From Flavobacteriales bacterium (GTDB lineage: Bacteria; Bacteroidota; Bacteroidia; Flavobacteriales_C; GCA-002722245): a stretch of 49,680 nt of DNA. This document shows positions 1 through 9,300 of this stretch, one piece after another. Below the pieces are notes generated by a model. That model saw nothing but the letters and a program-made list of their open reading frames with translations, had not been told where the DNA came from and made no database searches. Both the position numbers and the translations under genes were made by a program. The stretch is taken from positions 1 to 49,680 of the forward strand of contig PBJD01000047.1 of the NCBI GenBank assembly GCA_002720635.1. Direction: 5' to 3'. Within the stretch, counting starts at the first letter, position 1. The number at the start of each line of letters is the position of its first letter.

Positions 1-108
1 AGAACAGCAAATAATATTTTCTTTTTCTCTAACAATAGTTCAAATTTATAAGTATAATTTTACATCACGCATTATTCCAGAAATCTATGTGTATTTAAAA
101 CAACTCTA

Positions 109-798
109 ATGAACTTTATAATAACAGGCGCCAGTAAAGGTTTGGGTAAAGAATTTGCAAAATTTGCGAGTAAATTCGGAGGGACGATAGGCATTATAGC
201 CTCAAATCAAGAACGATTAAAACATGTTGCCGAGGATTTAAAAAACTGTAGTGTAATAACATATACGTGCGATTTTACAGCTTCAGAAGCTGTCCAGTCA
301 CTTATTCACGAATTACAAGCTGATTTTAAGCAAATAGATGTACTCATTAATAATGTTGGAGCTTTTGAAATGGGAGGTCTTGAAGAAACCAACATTGAGC
401 AGGTAAACAGAATGTTAGCCATTAATTTTAAAGCCGCTTTCTCCATCACGCAAGGCCTTTTAAAGGTATTCAAGTCTCAAAAATCAGGAGCAATAATTAA
501 CATCGGTTCCATTGTAACTGAGCAACCCAGAAAAGACATTTCTGCCTATACAATTTCAAAATTTGCCCTGCACGGATACACCAAAGTACTTACTGATGAA
601 CTTAAAGATTTTGGAATTAAAGTAACCGAAATAATTCCAGGATCAATCAATACCTCTTCATGGGATGGAATTGAAGCTCCAAAGGAGGAATTTGTTCAAA
701 CTAAAGATTTAATAGACGCTACTGAAATGATACTTAAATCATCTACAGGAGCTAATTTTGAACAAATCATTGTTCGCCCAACAAATAGAAATTACTAA
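109..798 (+). CDS. SDR family oxidoreductase (short-chain dehydrogenase/reductase)
   Basis: 229-aa ORF. It has the N-terminal Rossmann motif ITGASKGLG (TGxxxGxG) and the catalytic YxxxK motif (YTISK) of classical SDRs. Confidence 0.85.
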   Translation: MNFIITGASKGLGKEFAKFASKFGGTIGIIASNQERLKHVAEDLKNCSVITYTCDFTASEAVQSLIHELQADFKQIDVLINNVGAFEMGGLEETNIEQVNRMLAINFKAAFSITQGLLKVFKSQKSGAIINIGSIVTEQPRKDISAYTISKFALHGYTKVLTDELKDFGIKVTEIIPGSINTSSWDGIEAPKEEFVQTKDLIDATEMILKSSTGANFEQIIVRPTNRNY

Positions 799-800
799 AC

Positions 801-1523
801 ATGAGCAAAGGAAAGCTTGAGAAATTCGCAATGATCAAAGCCTACAAAAATTGCGTAGAACCCACTATGGAAGAGGTTATGAAAACAGGAATTCACTTGA
901 AGGGAAAATGGAATAGTGAATTCTTTAAAAACAAGAACCCTATAACCGTTGAGTTGGCTTGTGGTGGTGGAGAATATACGGTTGGAATGGCAGAAATGTA
1001 TCCAGACAGAAACTTTATTGGAGTTGATATAAAAGGCAACCGAATATGGAAAGGGGCTACAAAAGCAATTGACAAAAAATTGGATAATGTTGGTTTCTTG
1101 AGGACGAGAATTGACTTCATTGCCAATTGTTTTGCACAAAATGAAGTAGATGAAATATGGATTACTTTTCCAGATCCTCAAAAAAACAAAAACAGACGTA
1201 GAAAACGTTTGACGAACAAACTCTTTTTGGCCAGATATCAGCAATTTTTAAAGACCGATGGGAAAATGAGACTTAAATCCGATAGCACATTCTTTTATGA
1301 ATTTACTAAAGAAATAATCCTAGAGAAAAATCTTGAAATTTTGTTTGATTGCGATGATATTTACACCAAATACATTCCTCAAAATCCAGATTCTCAACTG
1401 GCAAAAGAATTATCGATTAAAACATTCTATGAAAATATGTGGTTGGAAAAAGGAAAAACGATTAAATATATTGAGTACAGGCTCACCAACTTAAAAATTA
1501 AAAAGGATGAAAGATTGTTTTAA
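801..1523 (+). CDS. trmB: tRNA (guanine46-N7)-methyltransferase
   Basis: 240-aa ORF. It has the SAM-binding block VELACGGGEYTVGMA, followed by FIGVDIKG and WITFPDPQ, typical of TrmB. The ATG lies 2 nt after the SDR stop. Confidence 0.9.
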   Translation: MSKGKLEKFAMIKAYKNCVEPTMEEVMKTGIHLKGKWNSEFFKNKNPITVELACGGGEYTVGMAEMYPDRNFIGVDIKGNRIWKGATKAIDKKLDNVGFLRTRIDFIANCFAQNEVDEIWITFPDPQKNKNRRRKRLTNKLFLARYQQFLKTDGKMRLKSDSTFFYEFTKEIILEKNLEILFDCDDIYTKYIPQNPDSQLAKELSIKTFYENMWLEKGKTIKYIEYRLTNLKIKKDERLF

Positions 1524-1628
1524 GATAAAACATCTGAATTAATTGTATTTATACTACTAAAAAACTATCCAAAAAGTACCATTTCCAGTGTAATTACTGA
1601 AGATGAAATTCCTGAAAAAAAATGTAAT

Positions 1629-2627
1629 CTAAAGTTCGCCTACTTGATTTTCAATTAAATAACTCCTTACATCCTGATCAGTTTTAAAATTACCAATCGC
1701 TACCATTAACTTGGTTATTGCTGCTTCTTTCGTCATATTTTCACCTGAAATAACATTCAAATCATTTAATATTGAACCGGCCTCATATTTTCCAATCTCA
1801 ACCCCGCCTCTATAACACTCCGAAACAGCAATAATTGGTATGTTTTTATCTCTCAGCGCAGTTGCAAGTAAATCTTTCTTAATTAAAGGGACTGTTCCCG
1901 AACCAAATACAGATAAAACAATTCCCTGAATTGGATTTTCTCGGATTAGTTTAGCTTGAATTTCTTTGTTTATTAAAGGTGAAAAATTCAAAAACAGTAT
2001 CTCAGCATCCATAATATTAAAGAAAACTCTATCAAAAGTACCCTTGTCAAAAGCACTTTTATTATATTTTATCTCTTTCTCTTTTCTTGCCAAAGGCTCA
2101 TGATTGGGAGAGCTGAATCCAGAGAAGCTTTTACTGTCAGATTTAGTAACACATGCCCCTTTGAATAAAGTTTTACAAAACCATAAAGCTACCTCTTTTA
2201 CAACGCCTTGACGGGCTATTTCCAAAGCGTTTATAAAATTATCAACACCATCCGATTTTTCTTCATAAACTGGAACCTGGGCTCCTGTTAATATTACAGG
2301 TTTGTTGATCCCTCTCAATAAAAAACTTAATGCAGAAGAGGTATACGCCATGGTATCGGTTCCATGCAGAATAACAAAACCATCTACTAAATCAATATTT
2401 TTAGTAATTATTTTAGAAATACGCAACCATTGCTCAGGACCGACAAAAGCTGAGTCCATAGGTTTTTCAAAAGACTCTACTATTATATCAACGTCAAGAT
2501 TATAAATTTGAGGAACATAATCCAAAATACCATCCACTGAAAATGGGACATAAGTTCCTGATTCTGATTTGATCATACCTATAGTTCCACCGGTATAAAC
2601 TACAAGAATTTTAGGTTTTAATTTCAT
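1629..2627 (-). CDS. ansA: L-asparaginase, type I (cytoplasmic)
   Basis: It has the catalytic-Thr motif ILVVYTGGTIGM and the HGTDTMAYTSSALSF block of bacterial asparaginases. I place the start at ATG 2627 (MKLKPKILVV...). The ORF-track start at 2675 would overlap cobB by 29 nt. Confidence 0.85.
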   Translation of the reverse strand: MKLKPKILVVYTGGTIGMIKSESGTYVPFSVDGILDYVPQIYNLDVDIIVESFEKPMDSAFVGPEQWLRISKIITKNIDLVDGFVILHGTDTMAYTSSALSFLLRGINKPVILTGAQVPVYEEKSDGVDNFINALEIARQGVVKEVALWFCKTLFKGACVTKSDSKSFSGFSSPNHEPLARKEKEIKYNKSAFDKGTFDRVFFNIMDAEILFLNFSPLINKEIQAKLIRENPIQGIVLSVFGSGTVPLIKKDLLATALRDKNIPIIAVSECYRGGVEIGKYEAGSILNDLNVISGENMTKEAAITKLMVAIGNFKTDQDVRSYLIENQVGEL

Positions 2628-2646
2628 GGCTCTGCTACGTTGAATT

Positions 2647-3342
2647 TCATTTTTTGTTATTTTCCAATAACTCATTAACCAAACGCGTTAATCCCTCACC
2701 GGCATTAGCCTGTATAATTTTTACTTCTTTCAAAAAACCTGAATCAACATTACCTGGATCAATCAGGAAAATCGGGATATTTTGTCTCACTTCATGAATT
2801 AAACCTGCTGCAGGATAAACATTTAAAGATGTTCCGACAACAATCAAACAATCCGCCTTTTTAACCATATCTGCAGCAATTGAAATATTTGGTACTTCCT
2901 CTCCAAACCAAACAATATGAGGGCGTAATTGACTTCCTTTCTCGCAGGTATCTCCTATTTTTAACTCCCAGTCTTTCATAGTATAAACAAGACCAGGATC
3001 CAAGGTTGAACGAACCTTGTTTAATTCTCCATGAAGGTGCAAAATATTTGATGAACCAGCCCGCTCATGAAGATTATCTATATTTTGAGTAATAATTTGA
3101 ACATCAAATTTTTCCTCCAGTTTTACTAAAGCCATATGAGCAGGGTTCGGGTCAACCTCTAAAAGCTGTTTTCTTCTCAAATTATAAAACTTAATAACCA
3201 ACTCTCTGTTCATCTCCCAGGCCTCTGGAGTTGCTACTTCTTCTATTTTATGATTTTCCCATAAACCATTATTATCTCTGAAGGTTGAAATACCACTTTC
3301 TGCGCTTATTCCGGCACCTGATAAAACGACTATTTTTTGCAT
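2647..3342 (-). CDS. cobB: NAD-dependent protein deacylase, Sir2 family
   Basis: 231-aa ORF with the sirtuin motifs GAGISAESGISTFRD, QNIDNLHERAG, HGEL...PHIVWFGE and VVGTSLNVYPAA. Confidence 0.85.
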   Translation of the reverse strand: MQKIVVLSGAGISAESGISTFRDNNGLWENHKIEEVATPEAWEMNRELVIKFYNLRRKQLLEVDPNPAHMALVKLEEKFDVQIITQNIDNLHERAGSSNILHLHGELNKVRSTLDPGLVYTMKDWELKIGDTCEKGSQLRPHIVWFGEEVPNISIAADMVKKADCLIVVGTSLNVYPAAGLIHEVRQNIPIFLIDPGNVDSGFLKEVKIIQANAGEGLTRLVNELLENNKK

Positions 3343-3462
3343 GATGGAAAAATACCAAAAAAGGTTATACTATTCCCTCTTAGAATAAATGATTTTACTC
3401 ATATATTCCTTATTTTAGTGAGCTTTATTCTTTTTAAAAAGAATCCTATTTAAAACTAAAAA

Positions 3463-5742
3463 ATGGCTAAACTAAGAAAAAAGGAAGCGCTCGATTATCA
3501 CTCAAACGGTAAACCAGGAAAAATTGAAGTTGTTCCAACAAAGCCCTACAGTACGCAAAGAGACTTATCACTTGCGTATTCACCAGGAGTTGCGGAACCC
3601 TGTATAGCAATATCAAAAAATAAAAAAAACGTTTATAAATATACTGCAAAATCAAATTTAGTTGCTGTTATATCCAACGGAACTGCGGTTTTAGGATTAG
3701 GAGATATTGGTCCCGAAGCATCAAAACCCGTTATGGAAGGTAAAGGGTTACTTTTTAAAATATTCGCTGATTTAGACTGTTTTGATATTGAAGTTGATGC
3801 AACTGATGTTGATAAATTCATTGATACTGTAAAAGCAATATCGCCAACTTTTGGAGGTATAAATTTAGAAGATATAAAGGCACCCGAGTGTTTTGAAATA
3901 GAACGTCGTTTAAAGGAGGAACTGGATATTCCAATTATGCATGACGACCAACACGGAACGGCAATAATTACCACTGCCGGTCTGTTAAACGCTTTAAGTC
4001 TTGTTGAAAAAGATATCGAAAATGTTAAAATTATTGTAAATGGAGCAGGAGCTTCAGCAGTAAGCTGTGCAAGATTATACATATCTCTTGGCGCAAAAAA
4101 AGAAAACATATTGATGCTGGACTCCAAAGGTGTTATTAAACCATCAAGAGGTAATTTAACGGAACAAAAAGAATACTTCGCTAATGAAGTAGATGCTTCA
4201 ACTTTGGAAGAAGCCATTAAAGATGCTGATGTTTTCTTAGGCCTTTCAAGAGGAAATATTCTGTCTGCAGAAATGGTGAAAACTATGGCGCCCAATCCAA
4301 TTGTTTTTGCATGCGCAAATCCCGATCCTGAAATTTCTTATGATGTAGCAATTAATTCAAGAGAAGATATCATTTTAGCAACGGGTAGATCAGACCATCC
4401 GAATCAAGTAAATAACGTTATAGGTTTTCCATTTATTTTCAGAGGTGCAATGGATGTTAATGCAACAACCATTAATGAAGAAATGAAAATCGCTGCTGTT
4501 AAAGCCATTGCTGATTTAGCCAAAGAACCTGTTCCTGAAGAAGTTAGCAAAGCCTACAATTTGAAAAATATTGTTTTCGGGAAAGAATATATCATTCCCA
4601 AACCAACTGACCCAAGGTTAATTTCAATTGTTGCTCCAGCCGTTGCAAAAGCAGCTATGGATTCCGGTGTAGCCCATAGTGAGATTAAAAATTGGGAAGC
4701 TTACAAACAAGACCTGATAAGCCGAATGGGATACGACAGTACAATTATGCAACAGGTTAGTTTCAGGGCAAAACAAAACCCCAAAAGGGTTGTTTTTGCT
4801 GAAGCGGATAACTATAAAGTTTTAAAGGCCGCGCAAACTGTTTTCGATGAAGGAATTTGTGAACCTGTTTTATTAGGAAATAAAGAAAATATCACAGATT
4901 TAATCAAGGAATATCAGTTGGATTTAGAAGGTGTAGTAATTATTGATACACGATCTGATGAAGCGAAAGCTAAAATAGAAGAGTATGGCGAATTGTTATA
5001 TCAGAAAAGGAACAGAAGAGGGGTGACCCGATATGAGGCAAGTAAAATAATGCGAAGCAGAAATTACTTTGGTAGTATGATGGTTGAAAATGGAGAGGCG
5101 GACGCTTTAATTACCGGAGTAACCAGAAAATACAAAGACTCAATACGACCTTCACTACAAACAATTGGTGTTGATAGTACAATAGGTAAGCTGGCAGGTA
5201 TGTATTTAGTTTTAACTAAAAATTATGGACCATATTTCTTTGCAGATACAACTATAAATCAGAATCCTACTGCTAAAGACCTGGCAGATATCGCATTGCT
5301 TACACATAAAGCAGTAAAAGAATTTAATATTGAACCCAGAATTGCCATGTTGAGCTATTCCAACTTTGGTTCAGTTGAAGGTAAAGGACCTGATCGAGTA
5401 AGGGAAGCTGTTAAATTATTGCACGACTATTATCCCGAAATTATAGTTGATGGAGATATACAGGCAAATTTTGCAGTAAATCCAAGTATGTTAAATGAGC
5501 AATTCCCATTTTCCAAATTCGAGGGAAAAAGAGCCAATACTTTAGTATTCCCGAATTTATCTTCAGGAAATATTTCTTATAAATTATTGCAGCAAATGGG
5601 CGATTTAGAAGTGATTGGACCTGTCTTATTAGGCATGAACAAATCTGTTCATATTATGCAATTAGGGGCAAGTGTTCGAGAAATTGTAAATATGACCACT
5701 CTTGCTGTAGTGGATGCTCAAGTAAAACAAATAAAAAAATAA
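3463..5742 (+). CDS. maeB: NADP-dependent malic enzyme (malic enzyme domain fused to a phosphate acetyltransferase-like domain)
   Basis: 759-aa ORF. The N-terminal half carries malic-enzyme blocks (YSPGVAEPC, GPEASKPVMEGKGLLFK, NGAGASAVSC). The C-terminal ~330 aa is PTA-like, which is the MaeB architecture. Confidence 0.9.
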   Translation: MAKLRKKEALDYHSNGKPGKIEVVPTKPYSTQRDLSLAYSPGVAEPCIAISKNKKNVYKYTAKSNLVAVISNGTAVLGLGDIGPEASKPVMEGKGLLFKIFADLDCFDIEVDATDVDKFIDTVKAISPTFGGINLEDIKAPECFEIERRLKEELDIPIMHDDQHGTAIITTAGLLNALSLVEKDIENVKIIVNGAGASAVSCARLYISLGAKKENILMLDSKGVIKPSRGNLTEQKEYFANEVDASTLEEAIKDADVFLGLSRGNILSAEMVKTMAPNPIVFACANPDPEISYDVAINSREDIILATGRSDHPNQVNNVIGFPFIFRGAMDVNATTINEEMKIAAVKAIADLAKEPVPEEVSKAYNLKNIVFGKEYIIPKPTDPRLISIVAPAVAKAAMDSGVAHSEIKNWEAYKQDLISRMGYDSTIMQQVSFRAKQNPKRVVFAEADNYKVLKAAQTVFDEGICEPVLLGNKENITDLIKEYQLDLEGVVIIDTRSDEAKAKIEEYGELLYQKRNRRGVTRYEASKIMRSRNYFGSMMVENGEADALITGVTRKYKDSIRPSLQTIGVDSTIGKLAGMYLVLTKNYGPYFFADTTINQNPTAKDLADIALLTHKAVKEFNIEPRIAMLSYSNFGSVEGKGPDRVREAVKLLHDYYPEIIVDGDIQANFAVNPSMLNEQFPFSKFEGKRANTLVFPNLSSGNISYKLLQQMGDLEVIGPVLLGMNKSVHIMQLGASVREIVNMTTLAVVDAQVKQIKK

Positions 5743-6326
5743 TGATTCATCATATAAAAGGCAGGTTGGTAGAAAAATCCCCTACACATGCTATTATAGA
5801 AGCAAGTGGTGTTGGATACTTTGTAAACATTTCTTTGATTACATTTTCAAAATTAGGTAATGATGAAAACTGCAGATTATTTACGCACTTATCCATCAAG
5901 GAAGATTCCCATACATTATACGGATTTGCTGAAAAAAGTGAACGCGAAATTTTTCGTCAATTAATCTCTGTTAATGGAGTTGGAGCAAGCACTGCAAGAA
6001 TTATGCTTTCAAGCATGACCGCTGAAGAGATCACAACCGCTATAGTTACCGGTGATGTAAATGCACTAAAAAGTATTAAAGGAATTGGTGCAAAATCAGC
6101 TCAAAGAATAATTGTTGATTTAAAAGACAAACTTGGTAAAATTGATGGCATAGAACAAAATATTTTAACATTTGCCAACAATACAAATCGAGATGAAGCG
6201 TTATCAGCATTATTGGCACTTGGTTTCATCAAAAATTCGGTGGAAAAGATTTTAAATAAGGTACTAAAGGCTCAACCAGACTTAGATGTAGAAAATCTAA
6301 TTAAAGAAGCGTTGAAAAATCTTTAG
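5742..6326 (+). CDS. ruvA: Holliday junction branch migration protein RuvA
   Basis: 194-aa ORF starting MIHHIKGRLVEK. It has helix-hairpin-helix motifs (VNGVGASTARIMLS, IKGIGAKSAQRII). The start overlaps the maeB stop by 1 nt (TAATG). Confidence 0.9.
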   Translation: MIHHIKGRLVEKSPTHAIIEASGVGYFVNISLITFSKLGNDENCRLFTHLSIKEDSHTLYGFAEKSEREIFRQLISVNGVGASTARIMLSSMTAEEITTAIVTGDVNALKSIKGIGAKSAQRIIVDLKDKLGKIDGIEQNILTFANNTNRDEALSALLALGFIKNSVEKILNKVLKAQPDLDVENLIKEALKNL

Positions 6327-6327
6327 A

Positions 6328-9300
6328 TTGAAGTTTTACAAGAACATAACACACTATATACTCTCATTCGTTTTTGTGATTTGCTGGATGCATGGTTCAG
6401 CACAATCAGAAGACTCTTTAAGTATTCCCTTCAACTTACATGATGAAGATAAAAGTCCATTTGACCTGGAAGACCCCAGCAATGTGGAATATGAAGTTGT
6501 ATATGACCCCGTCACAAACACCTACAAGGTCCAGGAAAAAGTTGGTACTCAAGAGTACCGACCGGGTGACGAACAAAATTTTGATGACTTTTGGAAAAAC
6601 AGATACAAGGATGCTGAAAAAGATTATTGGAAACAAAAACAACAAGAAAGTTCAGGAACTTCTTCCAGCAGTGACATTTATCAAAACCTCATACCAGGTG
6701 GAGGTGCAATTAATTCTATCTTTGGAAACGATAAGATTGAAATAAAGCCTCAAGGTTCCGCTGAGTTAATTTTTGGAGTCACCTCCACAAAAACTGAAAA
6801 CCCAATTATTCGTGTTGAAAGTCAAAGAGTGACAAGTTTTGACTTCGATGAAAAAATACAGCTAAATGTAACCGGTAAAATAGGAGATAAACTTGAATTG
6901 GGAACAAGTTATAACACCGAAGCTTCATTTGACTTTGAAAATCAAATGAAACTCCAATATCAGGGAAAAGAAGATGAGATTTTAAAAAATATTGAGTTGG
7001 GTAATATTACTATGCCACTTAATTCAACTTTAATTCAAGGAAGTCAGAGTCTATTTGGTGTAAAAACGGAAATGCAGTTTGGAAAACTGAGTGTAAATAC
7101 TGTTTTATCCCAACAAAAATCGGAATCAAAAACCATTGAACTAAGTGGTGGTGTTCAAACAAAGGAAGTATACATACAAGCTGATGAATATGAAGATAAT
7201 CGACATTTCTTTTTGGCACAATATTTTGCCGACAACTATAACCAAAGTTTGTCGAATCCGCCAATCCTTAACTCAGCTGTAAGTATTACGAAAATTGAAG
7301 TCTGGGTCACTAATATAGGGATTAGTGCCAATGCGGGCGCTCGAAACGTAATTGGTTTTATGGATTTAGCAGAAAACAACCCATATGATGAGACATTAAC
7401 GGGATCTCAGGTTTTACCAGACAACTCAAGCAACGATCTTTACAGTAAAATTAACAGCGACCCACTAACTCGACAATATACGTCAGCTTCTGGAGAATTA
7501 ATTGGTGGAAACTATAATTACACAGCCGGAATCCATTTCAATAAAATTGAAAATGCCCGAAAACTGGATGAAGGCACTGAATACTTTTTCCACCCGCAAT
7601 TGGGTTACATTTCTCTAAATCGAAAAATGGAAGACGATGAAGTTTTAGCTGTTGCCTATCAATACTCAGTTAGAGGTTCTGAAGATGTTTACCAGGTAGG
7701 AGAATTTGCAAGTGAAGTAACCGATGTACAAGAGGCGATTTTCTTGAAAATGCTAAAATCAACACAAGTAAACAACACCAATGTTCCTTTATGGGAATTA
7801 ATGATGAAAAACGTGTATTCATTAGGAACTTACGGAGTGGATGCAAGCACCCTGGATATTGATATTCGATATAGGGATCCATCCACAAATAATGATATTA
7901 ATTTTCTGAATGCTGATAATGCAAATGAAAATGTAAAAAATAAGCGATGGCTGGAAATTATGGATTTAGACCGATTGGACAACATACAAAATCCACAACC
8001 AGATGGAAAATATGACATTATTGAAGGTCAAACGATTCGACTTCAAAATGGTAAAATTTATTTCCCTGTATTGGAACCTTTTGGAAATAAACTAAGGGTT
8101 GAAATTAACAATGATGCTATTGCAGACACTTTCGCTTTTGACTCTTTATATAATGTCAGTAAGTTTCGGGCACAAAATGAATTTCCCACTCAAAATAGAT
8201 TTAGAATATATGCTCGATACTCTTCAAAAAGTAATGTAATAAACCTGAATTCATTTAGTATTCCAAGAGGAGCCGTTACAGTAACTGCCGGGGGAAGAAA
8301 TTTAGAAGAAGGAATTGATTTCAGAGTAGACTATAATATGGGACAGGTTACGATATTAAATGAATCGATACTCAATTCGAACACCCCTATAAGAGTAAAT
8401 GTTGAGAGTAATGCCATGTTTAGTATGATGAGTAAAACTCTTTTTGGAACTCATTTAGAATATGAAGTTAATAAAGACTTTCATATTGGAGGTACATTTA
8501 TCAACTTAACTGAAAGGCCTCTTACACAAAAAGTTAATCAAGGAGAAGAACCCATAAGAAATACAATGTGGGGAGTAAACACAGACTATAAAACAGAATC
8601 GAAATTCCTCACAAAACTGGTAGACAAATTATTGTTCAATACAAAAGCAAAATCATTTGTTGAAGTAAAAGGAGAGTTTGCTCAATTAATACCAGGTTCA
8701 CCAAATGCTATTGAAAATAATGGTCAGGCCGTTTCATTTATTGATGACTTCGAAGCAGGTCAGACAGGAATTGACATCCGAAACAGAGTAACATGGACAT
8801 TAGCTTCTACACCTCAAGGAAACCCTGAATGGCCGGAGGGTGACTTAATCAATGATTTAGCATACGGTTTCAATCGATCAAAATTAGCATGGTACAATAT
8901 TGATCCTCTTTTTGGAAGTAAGGACGGTGCCAACACTCCAAATCATATAAAAGGAAATAAAGACATCCAGGAGAACTTATATCAAAGAATAGTATTACAA
9001 AATGAAATTTATCCCTACAAAAGTTTAGCGGTTGGTGAACCACCTGCACTGCAGACATTGGATTTAGCTTATTTTCCCGAGGAAAGAGGGCCTTATAATT
9101 ATGATACTACAGGAACTTCTGGATTATCAGGAGGTATTGACAAAACAACAGGAAAACTTATTGACCCATCATCACGATGGGGTGGAATAATGCGAAAAAT
9201 AGATTATGTGGATTTTGCAAGCCAAAACATTGAATTTATAGAGTTTTGGGTAATGGATCCATTCCCTTATGATGCGACTTCAACCGATTATATTGATGCA

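Noticed and set aside
795-1244. 149-aa and 77-aa minus-strand ORFs inside trmB
   Set aside because: They are antisense shadow ORFs opposite a clear TrmB gene, with no recognisable domain or start context.
2628-2675. N-terminal extension of ansA (MSYWKITKNEIQRSRA) that overlaps the cobB 3' end by 29 nt
   Set aside because: The internal ATG at 2627 gives the canonical asparaginase N-terminus (MKLKPKILVVYTGGTIGM) and removes the overlap. The extension is probably not translated.
3633-4295. 220-aa minus-strand ORF inside maeB
   Set aside because: It lies entirely antisense to a strongly recognisable malic-enzyme coding region. The translated sequence is low-complexity (Ser/Ala/Phe/Ile-rich mirror of the sense codons) with no motif. 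This is a typical shadow ORF.
6440-6745. 101-aa alternate-frame plus-strand ORF and several 60-106-aa minus-strand ORFs inside sprA
   Set aside because: They are embedded in the 7.3-kb sprA reading frame and have no motifs. They are expected by chance in a long AT-rich gene.
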